DNA of 64,000 bases from Deltaproteobacteria bacterium (GTDB taxonomy: Bacteria; SAR324; JACQKK01): the NCBI GenBank assembly GCA_029858505.1, contig JAOUEW010000004.1, positions 2,520-66,519 of the forward strand, in the 5' to 3' direction. Shown piece after piece: positions 28,283-38,380 of the stretch (its first letter is position 1; each line of letters opens with the position of its first letter). The notes beneath the pieces are model-generated. The model had not been told where the DNA came from. It did no database searches and saw nothing but the letters and a program-made list of their open reading frames with translations. The position numbers and the translations under genes were made by a program.

Positions 28283-29149
28283 ATGTACGACAAACAAACC
28301 GCCGTTGCGGCCAAAGAATGGGTGGCCACCGGGGTGAACTGGATTGAAAACGGCTCTTATTCTCTGGGGGTGAAAAACCTAGAGCGGGCCATTCCGGTGT
28401 TTTTAGACCGGAAAGACACGGTGTGGTTAACCTATGCCCGCCACCACCTGATGGTGGGAACCATTGCCATGGGCAGCCACGAGCAGGTGCTGGAGTTGTT
28501 CGAGGAAGTGATGGCGGGCTACGTGGAGCTGGAGTTTTCCTACGGCAAGGCCTTGGCGCTGCTTCATGCCGCCCAGTCTCAGGATCGGCGGGGGCGCTGG
28601 CAGCAGGCCCTGTCGCTGTTGAACTTGGCCATTTCCATTGCTACCTGGGCCCGGCAGGGAACCCTGCAGGCCTATCTGTTGGGCGAAAAGGCCCGGCTGT
28701 ACCTGGAGCGGCAGAACATGGTCGACGCCATCCGCGCCCTGCGGGAAAGCGAACGGCTGTTCGAGGAAGCCAAAGAAGAAGACGAAGCCCTGCACCGCCG
28801 GGTGACCCTGGCTGAGGCTTTAGCCCGCCTGGGGGAGCGCTCGGAAGCCCAGGCCCTGCTGGAAGACGCCCAAGGGCGGGAATTCCGGGCCAAAAAATAC
28901 CGCCAGGCTTTGCTGCCCCTGCGGCTGTTGATGCGGTTGTATGAGGAGGGGGGCATGTTGAACGAAAAAGAGCGGGTGGCCGAGCTGATCCATTTTGCCG
29001 GGCAGTATATTTTGCAGCACCAAGACGCCGGGTCCCCCCGGCCCGACAAACGCTATCCGGTGATGTTGGCCAGGGAAGACACCGAGGAACCAGCCCTTCT
29101 TCAAATTGCAGCGCCGGGGCCCATGGGGCAGGCCAGGGGAAAGGCCTAA
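28283..29149 (+). CDS. TPR-like alpha-solenoid protein
   Basis: Repeated helical A/L patterns (ALSLLNLAISI, AIRALRESERLF). Confidence 0.7.
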   Translation: MYDKQTAVAAKEWVATGVNWIENGSYSLGVKNLERAIPVFLDRKDTVWLTYARHHLMVGTIAMGSHEQVLELFEEVMAGYVELEFSYGKALALLHAAQSQDRRGRWQQALSLLNLAISIATWARQGTLQAYLLGEKARLYLERQNMVDAIRALRESERLFEEAKEEDEALHRRVTLAEALARLGERSEAQALLEDAQGREFRAKKYRQALLPLRLLMRLYEEGGMLNEKERVAELIHFAGQYILQHQDAGSPRPDKRYPVMLAREDTEEPALLQIAAPGPMGQARGKA

Positions 29150-29197
29150 ACCCAGTGGGCAAACAGCCCCGGGCTTAAGTTTTTCTGGGATATACCG

Positions 29198-30145
29198 ATG
29201 AAGGATGCAGAAACCCAGGCATCACCCTTCAACCCCATGGCCGATATGCGAACCAGTCAATTCTATGTGATTTTATTTGGCGTATTTTTTGCCGCTTTGC
29301 TGGGGGGCTTGGCCGTGTTTTTCAACGGGATGCAAAGTTCCATCTATTTGATCCATACCGGGGTGGATCTGATGGAAAAATATCTGGACAAGCCCCGCTA
29401 TGACATGAACCTTACTGGTATGGTGTTTACCCTGGCGTTTCTCACGGCCGCGTTTCTGTTTATTTTGTTCATGCTGTTGGTGAGCGAAGAAGCGGTGCGC
29501 AAAGCCCCTGGGCCGCCCCAACCCATGGGCGCCCCCCAGCCTGCCACGGCCTTTCGGCGGCGGGGGCCGGAACCGGCACCTCAGCCAGCCTTTCAGCCAT
29601 CGCCCCAACCGGCCTTTCAATCCTCGCCCCAGGCGGTGTTTCAGACCCCCCAGGCTCAGCCTGCCGTTCAGCCGCACCCGGTTTCTGCTCCGGCTGCCGT
29701 CCCGGCCGCTGGCCCGGCGCCCACGCCCCAGGCTGTTGCCCATCCGGCCCCCGCGCAACCCGCTCCCACGGTGGATCAGATTACCGATGAGGTCATCGAA
29801 GACATTCCGGTGTTCAATGAGGAGGGAACGGATGCCTCGGAGGGCAACGTGATTTACGGCCATGGGCGGATAGACGAAGAAGACATGCTGGAGTTTATTC
29901 AGGAAAACCCCGACAGCGCCGTGAAGTTTTTGTACCGGAAAAGCCTGGACAACAAGCCGCTGTCGCCCATTGACGAAGACATTTACCGTGCCTGGGAGCG
30001 CCGGGGGATGACCCGGGGCCGGGTGCGGCAGATGGTGCTGACCATCATGGGGTGGCCAGGCCTGCCCGATGAGTTCCCCCACGATGTGTGGCGCAAGCTG
30101 CGGGATCAGGTGTTCGACATGCGCGGCGCCATCAAAATCACCTGA
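29198..30145 (+). CDS. Hypothetical 2-TM protein with Pro/Ala/Gln linker and globular C-terminal domain
   Basis: Two hydrophobic segments and QPAFQPSP-type repeats. Confidence 0.7.
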   Translation: MKDAETQASPFNPMADMRTSQFYVILFGVFFAALLGGLAVFFNGMQSSIYLIHTGVDLMEKYLDKPRYDMNLTGMVFTLAFLTAAFLFILFMLLVSEEAVRKAPGPPQPMGAPQPATAFRRRGPEPAPQPAFQPSPQPAFQSSPQAVFQTPQAQPAVQPHPVSAPAAVPAAGPAPTPQAVAHPAPAQPAPTVDQITDEVIEDIPVFNEEGTDASEGNVIYGHGRIDEEDMLEFIQENPDSAVKFLYRKSLDNKPLSPIDEDIYRAWERRGMTRGRVRQMVLTIMGWPGLPDEFPHDVWRKLRDQVFDMRGAIKIT

Positions 30146-30154
30146 CAGGCCCCC

Positions 30155-30952
30155 ATGAGCCGGTTACACCATGTGGCCATTGTGCTGCGCCGGGAAGGGG
30201 AAAACCTGCCCACGGCCGTGCTGGAAAACGCCTTCCGCCAGGCGGGGGCCCGGGTGACCGTGGCCGAAGAAGAAAAAGAACAGAACCTGGAAGACGTGGA
30301 CCTGGTGGTGGCCCTGGGGGGAGACGGCACCGTGCTGCGGGCCCTGGATACCTTTCCCGGGCGGCCGGTGCTGGCGGTGAATTTTGGCACGGTGGGGTTT
30401 TTAACCGCCGGGGGCCGGGGCGAATTGGACCACATGCTAAGCCGCCTGCTCACCGGAGACTACCTTACCAGCGAACGGCTGGTGCTGCGCTGCCGGTTAG
30501 ACGGCCAAGAACACCACGCCGTCAACGAAGCGGCGATCAAAACCTCCAGCCGCATGATTCAGGTAGACGTGGCGGTGGACGGCACGCCCATCCGCACCAT
30601 CCGGGGAGACGGGGTGATTGTGGGAACCCCCACCGGCTCCACCGGGTATCTGTTGTCTTCCGGCTCTCCGGTGGTGATGCCCGATGTGCACTGCTTCATT
30701 TTGGATGGGCTGAACGAATACAACTTTTCCAGCCGCCCGCTGATTCTTTCTCCCGACTCGCAATTGTTGTTGAAACTGCACCCCCTGCACCCCGGCCAGC
30801 AGGCCGCCCTGCTGGTGGACGGCAAGGTGGTGAAGGAACTGGAGGAGGGGGACGAAATTGTGCTGGACCGCTCTCCCCGGGTGGCCCGGCTGATTTTCTT
30901 TGAACCCAATTATTTTTTTCACAATCTGTCCTCTCGATTGGCCTGGAAGTAA
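30155..30952 (+). CDS. nadK: NAD kinase
   Basis: GGDGT, NE, GDGVIVGTPTGSTGY. Confidence 0.93.
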   Translation: MSRLHHVAIVLRREGENLPTAVLENAFRQAGARVTVAEEEKEQNLEDVDLVVALGGDGTVLRALDTFPGRPVLAVNFGTVGFLTAGGRGELDHMLSRLLTGDYLTSERLVLRCRLDGQEHHAVNEAAIKTSSRMIQVDVAVDGTPIRTIRGDGVIVGTPTGSTGYLLSSGSPVVMPDVHCFILDGLNEYNFSSRPLILSPDSQLLLKLHPLHPGQQAALLVDGKVVKELEEGDEIVLDRSPRVARLIFFEPNYFFHNLSSRLAWK

Positions 30953-30964
30953 GAAAGCCCCCGA

Positions 30965-30993
30965 TTGACACACCCCCGGCAGGATGAAAGCAT
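30965..30993 (+). promoter_or_regulatory. Putative promoter for purH
   Basis: TTGACA-N17-AAGCAT with TG extension. Confidence 0.4.
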
Positions 30994-31057
30994 GGAACCG
31001 GGGCCTCGGGCCCGGTTGTTCGCCGTTCTTCCCCGTTCTTTCTTCCAATGGCAAACC

Positions 31058-32254
31058 ATGGACACCACCACCCGCCGTTACCTGCCCCGCCTTCCCCTGA
31101 AATATGGATGCAACCCCCAGCAGGCCCCGGCGGCGGTGTGCGGGGTGGACGGCGAGGCCCTGCCCTTTCGGGTGATCAGCGGTCAGCCGGGGTACATCAA
31201 CCTGTTAGACGCCCTGAACGCTTGGCAACTAGTGGAGGAACTGGACCGCTCGTTGGGCAAGCCAGCGGCGGCATCGTTCAAGCATGTCAGCCCGGCGGGG
31301 GCGGCGGTGGCGGCACGGCTGACACCAGAATTGGTGAACACCTATGAGGCCGAGGGCTTGGAACTGACCGGCCCGGCCCTGGCCTGGCTGCGGGCCCGCC
31401 AAGCCGATCCCTTGTCGTCCTTTGGAGATTTCGCCGCCCTCAGCCGGCCGGTGGACATGGCCACCGCTCGGTTGATGAAAACCGAGGTGAGCGATGGTTT
31501 GATTGCGCCGGGATTTGAGGAAGGGGTGGTGGAGGTGCTGAAAAGCAAAAAGGGGGGCAAGTTTATTGTGTTGGAGGCCGACCCGGCTTGGCGCCCCCCG
31601 GAGATGGAATATCGGGAAGTGTTTGGGGTGGGGCTGGCCCAGCGGCGCAACGATGTGCTGATCACCCGCGAACACCTGGCCCAGCGGGTCACCCGGCGCA
31701 AGGAACTTCCCCCCCAGGCCGAGGAAGACCTGATTCTGGCGGCCATCACCCTGAAATATACCCAGTCCAATTCGGTGGGCTACGCCCTGGGGGGCCAAAT
31801 GATCGGGGTGGGGGCCGGGCAGCAAAACCGGGTTGACTGCGTGAAACTGGCGGGCATGAAGGCGGAAACTTGGTTTTTGCGCCAGCACCCCAAGGTGTTG
31901 GGGCTGCCCTTCAAACCCGAGGCCAAAAAAGTAGACCGCACCAACGCCCGGGTTCGTTATATTGAGGGAGATTTTTTGCCCAGCGAACGGGCCGCTTGGG
32001 AAGCCCAGATGACCCGCCCCCCCGCGGAGCTTACGGCGGAAGACCGCAAAGGCTGGCTGGCGGGGCTCACCGGGGTGTCGTTGGCTTCCGACGCGTTCTT
32101 TCCCTTTCGGGATAGTGTTGACCAGGCCGCGAGGCGGGGGGTAACCTATATTGTCCAACCTGGGGGAAGCCTGTCGGATGATGGCGTGATTCAAGTGTGC
32201 GATGAGTACGGCATGGTCATGGCGTTCAGCGGCGTGCGGCTGTTTCACCACTAG
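31058..32254 (+). CDS. purH: AICAR transformylase (PurH C-terminal domain only; no IMP cyclohydrolase domain)
   Basis: LKYGCNP, SFKHVSPAG, KYTQSNSV, SDAFFPF, RLFHH; N-terminal MGS-like domain absent. Confidence 0.9.
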   Translation: MDTTTRRYLPRLPLKYGCNPQQAPAAVCGVDGEALPFRVISGQPGYINLLDALNAWQLVEELDRSLGKPAAASFKHVSPAGAAVAARLTPELVNTYEAEGLELTGPALAWLRARQADPLSSFGDFAALSRPVDMATARLMKTEVSDGLIAPGFEEGVVEVLKSKKGGKFIVLEADPAWRPPEMEYREVFGVGLAQRRNDVLITREHLAQRVTRRKELPPQAEEDLILAAITLKYTQSNSVGYALGGQMIGVGAGQQNRVDCVKLAGMKAETWFLRQHPKVLGLPFKPEAKKVDRTNARVRYIEGDFLPSERAAWEAQMTRPPAELTAEDRKGWLAGLTGVSLASDAFFPFRDSVDQAARRGVTYIVQPGGSLSDDGVIQVCDEYGMVMAFSGVRLFHH

Positions 32255-32304
32255 TTTCTTCCCCAATGTTCCTTCGTTCAAAATTCAATTCTGGGGGCAG
32301 AGTC

Positions 32305-32814
32305 ATGGCCAGTCGCAAGCCGGAACCAACATCACCGCGCGCGGTGAAGAAAACCAAGAAATCACCCAAAAAATCTTCCCCCCCAATCCAGTCCAAGGAA
32401 GGACGGAAGGATTTGAACCAGGATGGAGAAAAATCCATGGAAGAAATACACCGTTGGGAATATTTGTACCAGCATGACCCGCTGCCCACACAGCGTCGGC
32501 GGTTGAACCTGCCGCCCGGAGAAATCCGCCACGGGAACGTGGAGGCCTGGATGAATATTTTGCGGTCTTATCACCACGCTCATCCCGCCCACGGGATTGT
32601 GTTTTATTTTCGCGACGAACCGGTGAACAGCCCCGCCCAGTTGTTCCGCCAAACGCCCATTTTGGCCACCCAAGAATTTCGGGTAGAGGTGGAAGCCGCC
32701 GATGAGGACTGGTCGGACCTGCCCAAGCTCACCCGGCTGCTGGCCGAAGGGGCCGGAGAAAATTTTGAAATGTATTTGTCGAGGGAACTCTACCAAATCA
32801 AGGACCTGTTTTGA
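32305..32814 (+). CDS. Hypothetical protein (possible HPr-like fold)
   Basis: HGNVEAW motif; overlaps the ubiE start by 4 nt. Confidence 0.6.
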   Translation: MASRKPEPTSPRAVKKTKKSPKKSSPPIQSKEGRKDLNQDGEKSMEEIHRWEYLYQHDPLPTQRRRLNLPPGEIRHGNVEAWMNILRSYHHAHPAHGIVFYFRDEPVNSPAQLFRQTPILATQEFRVEVEAADEDWSDLPKLTRLLAEGAGENFEMYLSRELYQIKDLF

Positions 32815-33590
32815 GCTACCGCCTGCCCGACGCGGCCGACAAACCAGCCTATGTGCAAGCGCGGTTCGACGCCATCGCCCGCCGATATGATCTGTTCAAC
32901 GACCTGATTACCCAAGGCCAACACCGCTGGTGGAAGCGCACGCTGGTGAACCGCGTGGCGGGGGCGGTGGAGATCAAGGCCCCGGGGGTGCGGGGGCTGG
33001 ACCTGTGCTGCGGCACGGGAGACATTGCCCAGCGGGCCCTGGCGGGCATGGGCATGGGTGCGGGGGAGGCTGGAGGGACTGGGGGGGCAAACGGAGGTAT
33101 GGTGATGCTCGACTTTTCCGCCAACATGCTGTCCATTGCCCAAAACCGGCTGCGCCGCGCTGGCACCCAACCCGCCCGAAGGCTGTTGACCCGGGGAGAC
33201 GCCATGGCGCTGCCCTTTGAGGACGGCGCCTTTCAGTTTGTCACGGTGGGGTTTGGTCTTCGCAATGTTTCAGACCTGGGGGGCTGCTTGCAGGAAATTC
33301 ACCGGGTGCTGGCGCCGGGGGGGGTGTTGGCCTCGCTGGATGTGGGCAAGGTCCGCCCCCGTTGGATCAAAGCCCTGGCCGATCTGTATTTCTTCCGGGT
33401 GGTTCCCCTCATCGGGCGGATGATTCAGCCGGGGGAAGAAATGTTCACCTACCTGCCCGAATCCTCCCGGTCTTATCCTTCTCAGGAAGCCCTGGCGGCC
33501 ATTTTGGCCGAGCACGGCTTTCAGCGGGTGGAGGTGCTGAATTACATGTTTGGCTCGGCGGCCATTCATCTGGCCCGCAAGCCGGGGTGA
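32811..33590 (+). CDS. ubiE: UbiE/MenG quinone C-methyltransferase
   Basis: FDAIARRYDLFND, LDLCCGTGD, GFGLRNV, YLPES. Confidence 0.9.
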   Translation: MSYRLPDAADKPAYVQARFDAIARRYDLFNDLITQGQHRWWKRTLVNRVAGAVEIKAPGVRGLDLCCGTGDIAQRALAGMGMGAGEAGGTGGANGGMVMLDFSANMLSIAQNRLRRAGTQPARRLLTRGDAMALPFEDGAFQFVTVGFGLRNVSDLGGCLQEIHRVLAPGGVLASLDVGKVRPRWIKALADLYFFRVVPLIGRMIQPGEEMFTYLPESSRSYPSQEALAAILAEHGFQRVEVLNYMFGSAAIHLARKPG

Positions 33591-33640
33591 TGGCTCTCTA
33601 TACACCCCGTCCCATCCTTTCCCCTCGCTGTTTCTCCCTG

Positions 33641-33841
33641 TACTCGAATCCATCGGCTATTCTGTTCAGCCGTTCGGTTGGTGAAAACTACACGGAAGCA
33701 ACACCCAAACGCAATCGAACGCCCCCTCTCTTCGGGAGAGGGGGGTGAGGTCTAATCAAGCCGATAACTTTTCGGATTCATGCTGTATTTCCCTCCACGA
33801 AGGGGAGGGGATGCCCCCACAGGGGGCAGGGGAGGGGTGCT
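33641..33841 (+). repeat. Dispersed repeat locus 4: module A interrupted by a B hairpin, then a B module
   Basis: ACTCGAATCC at 33642; displaced right end CAAGCCGATAACTTTTCGGATTCATGC at 33757-33783; 33791-33839 matches 55751-55800 with one indel. Confidence 0.88.
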
Positions 33842-33914
33842 TCTGGAGAGGGGCCAAACGTGTGAGCGGCACCTTCACAATCCAAACCAAAAAATCAAAA
33901 TAAACCCCCCTCAA

Positions 33915-33947
33915 ATAAAAACCCCCTTCCGCAAAGGAAGGGGGGTT
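33915..33947 (-). terminator. Intrinsic terminator for the acyl-CoA ligase gene
   Basis: CCCCCTTCC-N5-GGAAGGGGG followed by TTTTTAT on the minus strand. Confidence 0.6.
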
Positions 33948-33981
33948 AAGAAAAAGCAAAGAATATTCAGGAATGGAGAAC

Positions 33982-35751
33982 TTACAATTTCAGCCAGCCG
34001 GATTGAATGCGCTTGTAGGCGGCGGCGTCCAGCGGAGAGTAGGTTTTGTTGTCCCGGTCCAAATAAAACATGGGGTCCTTAACCTTGGCCGGATCAAAGC
34101 CGGAGGCTTTCAGCTCTTTTTTGTCTTTTTTGAAGGTGCCCGTCATGGCGGCGGCGGTTTGAACCCGCACAAAGGCTGGCCGTGAAAAATGGGGCAGGTG
34201 GTCTTCCACGAACCGGAAGAAGATTTCTGGGTTGAATTGTTTGGAATGGCTGATGGTGAGGGCGGCCATTCCGGCTTTGCCGTCCATCTTGGCGATTTCC
34301 ACCCCATACACCGTGGCGAAATCCACCCACGATACGCCCGAAGTGATGATCTCTTCCACTTCGTGGGTAGACACGTTTTCCCCTTTCCAGCGGAAGGTGT
34401 CTCCAATGCGGTCGATGAAATAATAGTGCCCCGTATCGTCTTTCCGCAACAGGTCGCCGGTGCTAAAGAAGGCGTCACCGGTTTTCAACACGTTTCGCAG
34501 AATTTTCTTTTCGGTGTCTTTGGGGTTGGCGTAGCCGTGGAAAGGGGTCAGGGCTTTGATCTGGGCCAGCAGTTCGCCTGGCTCACCGGGGCGGCACAGT
34601 TCGGCAAACCCGTTGTGCCCGCGAATAATCTGCTCCGAGGCGATGTCGTAGCGCACCAGCCGCAGGTTGTCCGAGGTTTTCAGGGCGGCTTTGCCCACCG
34701 AGCCATCGGTGTCGTCCAGGTTCAGCAGATAGGCATTGCCCTCGGTAGAGGCGTAGAATTCGCGGATGTGGTCGATGCCGAAGCGGTATTTGAACTGCCC
34801 CCAAATGTCGGGGCGAAGACCGTTGCCCAGCACCCGGGTGACCTTGTGGTTGCGGTCGAAGGCACCGCTGGGGGTGTTCACCAAATACCGCAGCAACTCG
34901 CCAATGTAGATGGCGCAGGTGGCGCCGTGGCGGCTGGCTTCTTCCCAAAAGCCCGAAGCGGAAAACCGGCGGGTGAGCGCAAACTTGCCGCCGTTCACCA
35001 GGGCCGAGGCGAAGGCGATGAGAATGCCGTTGGAGTGGTACAAAGGCAGGGGGCAGTACACGGTATCGCTGGGTTTCACCCCCAGGGCGTAATGGCCCAT
35101 CAGCAGGCCAGCCCCATACCAGCGGTAATGGGTAATCATGGCGGGCTTGGGCAAGCCCGTGGTGCCAGAGGTGTAAATGTGCATCATCAGGTCATCGCTG
35201 CCAATGCCCGCAGAGGAGGGGTTGTCGTCTTGGGTTCGCAGCAACGCCTGGGTCAGGTCGTTGGACCCGGCGGGGGACTTGTCTTTGGTGGGGTAGCGGG
35301 TGTCCATGTAAATATTGGGCCCCCGAATTTTTTCCAGGCTGCCCGCCACGTCCATGAATTGGGGCAGGCATTCGGCCCCCACAATGATGTGGTTGGCGGT
35401 GGAGGCGTTCAGAATATTGGCCAGGGCCACCCCCCGCAGGTTGTAGTTCACCGCCGCGGTAATGGCCCCCAGTTTGCCCAGGCCCGCCACCGTGGCCATG
35501 AATTCCGGTCGGTTTTCCATCAGCAGCAGCACCACGGTGCCCTTCCGCACCCCTTGAGACGAAAAATAATGGGCCCGACGGTTGGCCATGCGGTTGTATT
35601 GGTCAAAGGTGTAACGGTCGTTTTCAAACAGCAAAAAGTCATCATCAGGGCGTTTGGCCGCCATTTTTTCCAGGGTGTTGCCCAGGGTTTTGTTTTTAAA
35701 GGCCAGCAAGCGGACATATTTGAACAAAAACGAGTAATATCGGGCGGCCAT
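33982..35751 (-). CDS. Long-chain acyl-CoA synthetase, FATP/FACL type
   Basis: YTSGTTGLPK, YIGELLRYL, EFYASTEGN, DRIGDTFRWKGENVST. Confidence 0.92.
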   Translation of the reverse strand: MAARYYSFLFKYVRLLAFKNKTLGNTLEKMAAKRPDDDFLLFENDRYTFDQYNRMANRRAHYFSSQGVRKGTVVLLLMENRPEFMATVAGLGKLGAITAAVNYNLRGVALANILNASTANHIIVGAECLPQFMDVAGSLEKIRGPNIYMDTRYPTKDKSPAGSNDLTQALLRTQDDNPSSAGIGSDDLMMHIYTSGTTGLPKPAMITHYRWYGAGLLMGHYALGVKPSDTVYCPLPLYHSNGILIAFASALVNGGKFALTRRFSASGFWEEASRHGATCAIYIGELLRYLVNTPSGAFDRNHKVTRVLGNGLRPDIWGQFKYRFGIDHIREFYASTEGNAYLLNLDDTDGSVGKAALKTSDNLRLVRYDIASEQIIRGHNGFAELCRPGEPGELLAQIKALTPFHGYANPKDTEKKILRNVLKTGDAFFSTGDLLRKDDTGHYYFIDRIGDTFRWKGENVSTHEVEEIITSGVSWVDFATVYGVEIAKMDGKAGMAALTISHSKQFNPEIFFRFVEDHLPHFSRPAFVRVQTAAAMTGTFKKDKKELKASGFDPAKVKDPMFYLDRDNKTYSPLDAAAYKRIQSGWLKL

Positions 35752-35935
35752 GGGGTCTCCTGGGAAGGGGGTGGTCGGTGAAGTTCTTTTAATGATTTAC
35801 GTCATTCCCATGGAAGTGGCAATCAAGACCTCCTTGAATGGGGGGGGTTTTTCAGAAATACCGGATACTTGAGATATAACGACCAATAAACCAGCAACTT
35901 GTATGATTGAACGATAGGGGCGGTTCACCCATCGG

Positions 35936-36147
35936 GACCTCAACCCCCGCCCCCCTCTCCCGAGGAGAGGGGGAGTTCAATGGCGTTTGGGCGTTGCTTA
36001 CTTCCGCCCAGTCTTTGTTTCCGAACGGATGATTCGAATACCCGATGGCTTCGCGAATTTCCCCTCCCTGATTGGGGAGGGGATGCCCGCAGGGCAGGGG
36101 AGAGGTGTGATTGGAGGGGGCAGGGGGGAGAGGTGCTGGGGGAGAGG
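35936..36147 (-). repeat. Dispersed repeat locus 5: A-B composite plus B modules
   Basis: Reverse complement matches 55469-55590; 36059-36109 matches the reverse complement of 50523-50573 with one mismatch. Confidence 0.9.
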
Positions 36148-36171
36148 CCCTGGGCGCCCCATGGGCGGGGA

Positions 36172-37194
36172 TTAAATTTCGTGGCAGGCGGCCCAGTGGG
36201 CCGGTTGAATTTCTCGCCAGGGGGGGGGCGTGCCGCGGCAATGCTCCCGGGCCAGGGGGCAGCGGGGGTGAAAGGCGCACCCAGGGGGAGCATTGGCCGG
36301 GTCGGGGACTTCTCCCCCCAGCAGTGTGCGGGGAAGGCCAGTGCGCCGGGGGGCCACCGCAGGGTCGGCGGAGGGCACCGCCGCCAGCAGGGCCTGGGTG
36401 TAAGGGTGGCGGGGCCGGGAGAACAGTTCTTCACGGGGGGCCAGTTCCGCCAGCCGCCCCAGGTACATCACCGCCACCCGGTGGGCCAGGTGCCGCACCA
36501 CCGCCAAGTCGTGGGAGATAAACAAGTAGGCCATCCCCCGTTCGGCCTGAAGCCCCGCCAGCAGGTTCACCACCTGGGCCTGGATCGACACATCCAGGGC
36601 AGACACGGGCTCATCGGCCACAATCAGCGCCGGGTCCAGGGCCAGGGCCCGGGCAATGCCCACCCGTTGGCGTTGGCCCCCAGAAAACTGGTGAGGGTAC
36701 ATGGTCCTTTGGTCTGGGCGCAGCCCCACCCGTTGGAACAGGGCCGCCACCCGGTCTTTCCGTTCCGCCGGGGTGCCGATGCGGTGAATCGCCAGGGGTT
36801 CTTCCACCATGGCTCCGGCGGTCATGCGGGGGTTCAGGCTGGCGTAGGGGTCTTGGAAAATCATCTGCATGCGGCGGCGGTGGGGGACCAGGTCTCGCGC
36901 TGACAGCCCCGACAGGTCGGTGCCCTCCAGCAGCACCCGGCCAGCGGTGGGGGGAATGAGCCTGAGCACCATGCGCCCGGTGGTGGTTTTGCCGCAGCCC
37001 GATTCCCCCACCAGGGCCAGGGTTTCTCCCCGGTTCAGGGCAAAGCTCACCCCGTCGACCGCTTTGACCCAGCGGTGGGGTTTGCCCCACAGGTTTCCCC
37101 CCAGGGGAAAGTGCCGGGAGAGCTGCTCCACCGTGAGCAACGGGGCGGCGTTGGGGGAAGAATTATTTTGTTCGAGGGGGTGGTTCATCGACAT
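36172..37194 (-). CDS. Oligopeptide/dipeptide ABC transporter ATP-binding subunit (OppF/DppF-like)
   Basis: GESGCGKTT, FSGGQRQR, C-terminal GCAFHPRC. Confidence 0.92.
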   Translation of the reverse strand: MSMNHPLEQNNSSPNAAPLLTVEQLSRHFPLGGNLWGKPHRWVKAVDGVSFALNRGETLALVGESGCGKTTTGRMVLRLIPPTAGRVLLEGTDLSGLSARDLVPHRRRMQMIFQDPYASLNPRMTAGAMVEEPLAIHRIGTPAERKDRVAALFQRVGLRPDQRTMYPHQFSGGQRQRVGIARALALDPALIVADEPVSALDVSIQAQVVNLLAGLQAERGMAYLFISHDLAVVRHLAHRVAVMYLGRLAELAPREELFSRPRHPYTQALLAAVPSADPAVAPRRTGLPRTLLGGEVPDPANAPPGCAFHPRCPLAREHCRGTPPPWREIQPAHWAACHEI

Positions 37195-38235
37195 TTACTC
37201 AGCCGGGTGGTGGCAGGCGGTGAAATGGGCGGGAGCTCGTTGCGCGGGCTCATGGGTGGGGCCTGGGTCCTGGCGGCAGGCGTGGTCGGCCTGGGGGCAG
37301 CGGGGGGCAAAGGCGCACCCAGGGGGCCGGGCCCCCGGCGGGGGTACCAAACCTGGAATCTCGGCCAGGGAAGTTTGGTTCCGGCCGGGCCGTGCCCCCA
37401 GCAACCCACGGGTGTAGGGGTGCCGGGGGCGGGCGAACAACTCATCCACCGGAGCTTCCTCCACCACCCGCCCGGCGTACATCACCGCCACCCGTTGGGC
37501 CTGCTGGGCCACCACCCCCAGGTCGTGGGTAATGAACAGCACCGCCGTGCCGTTCTCTCGTTGCAGGGCTTCCATCAAGTCCAAAATCTGGGCCTGGATG
37601 GTCACATCCAAGGCGGTGGTGGGCTCGTCGGCCAGCAGCAGGGCCGGGCGGCAGGCCAGGGCCATGGCAATCATCACCCGCTGGCGCATGCCCCCCGACA
37701 ACTGATGGGGGTACTCGGCGGCCACCCGGGCCGGGTCGGGGATGCGCACATGGGCCAATTCGGCCTGGGCCCGCTCCCAGGCTTCTTTCCGGGAAAGCCC
37801 CTGGTGCAGCCGCAGCACTTCGGCCACCTGTTTGCCCACGGTGTGCACCGGGTTCAGGGCGGTCATGGGCTCTTGAAAAATCATGGACACCCGGTTGCCC
37901 CGCACCTGGCGCAGGGCGGCCCCGGAAAGGGCCAGCAGGTTTTGCCCTTCGAACATGGCCTTCCCCCTGGCGCGGGCGCCCTCGGGCAGCAGCCCCAGCA
38001 GGGCCAGGGCCGTCAGGCTCTTGCCGCAGCCCGACTCCCCCACCAGGGCCAGGGTCTCCCCCGGCACGATGGTCAGGTTGACGTCCTCCACGGCGGCCCG
38101 GGGGCCCGCCTGCCCCGGCAGAGGAGGAAAATCCACCCCCAGGTGTTCTACCCGCAGCAGGGGCGGCGCGGAACCCGGACCGGGTTCAGGGGCCGTGATG
38201 AACGGAGCAGCCGTTGGAGAGGAGAGGGTGGGCAT
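37195..38235 (-). CDS. Oligopeptide/dipeptide ABC transporter ATP-binding subunit (OppD/DppD-like)
   Basis: [34 protein letters not shown]. Confidence 0.92.
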   Translation of the reverse strand: MPTLSSPTAAPFITAPEPGPGSAPPLLRVEHLGVDFPPLPGQAGPRAAVEDVNLTIVPGETLALVGESGCGKSLTALALLGLLPEGARARGKAMFEGQNLLALSGAALRQVRGNRVSMIFQEPMTALNPVHTVGKQVAEVLRLHQGLSRKEAWERAQAELAHVRIPDPARVAAEYPHQLSGGMRQRVMIAMALACRPALLLADEPTTALDVTIQAQILDLMEALQRENGTAVLFITHDLGVVAQQAQRVAVMYAGRVVEEAPVDELFARPRHPYTRGLLGARPGRNQTSLAEIPGLVPPPGARPPGCAFAPRCPQADHACRQDPGPTHEPAQRAPAHFTACHHPAE

Positions 38236-38380
38236 GGGTCATCATAGGGTATTTCGGGGGGTGGAGGAAAGAACGGGGAGGGGGGACCCTCTTTTCCCCA
38301 CCTTGTTTTTGCCGTAGGCTGATTCTTTGCTCGTTCTGTTTCTCAACATTCTTCCTTTCTCAACTTCCTAAAAAAATCCC

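Noticed and set aside
34189-35781. Long antisense ORFs (also 10254-11366, 20913-21977, 47109-48236, 37075-38247)
   Set aside because: Mirror-frame shadows of well-supported genes with no protein motifs.
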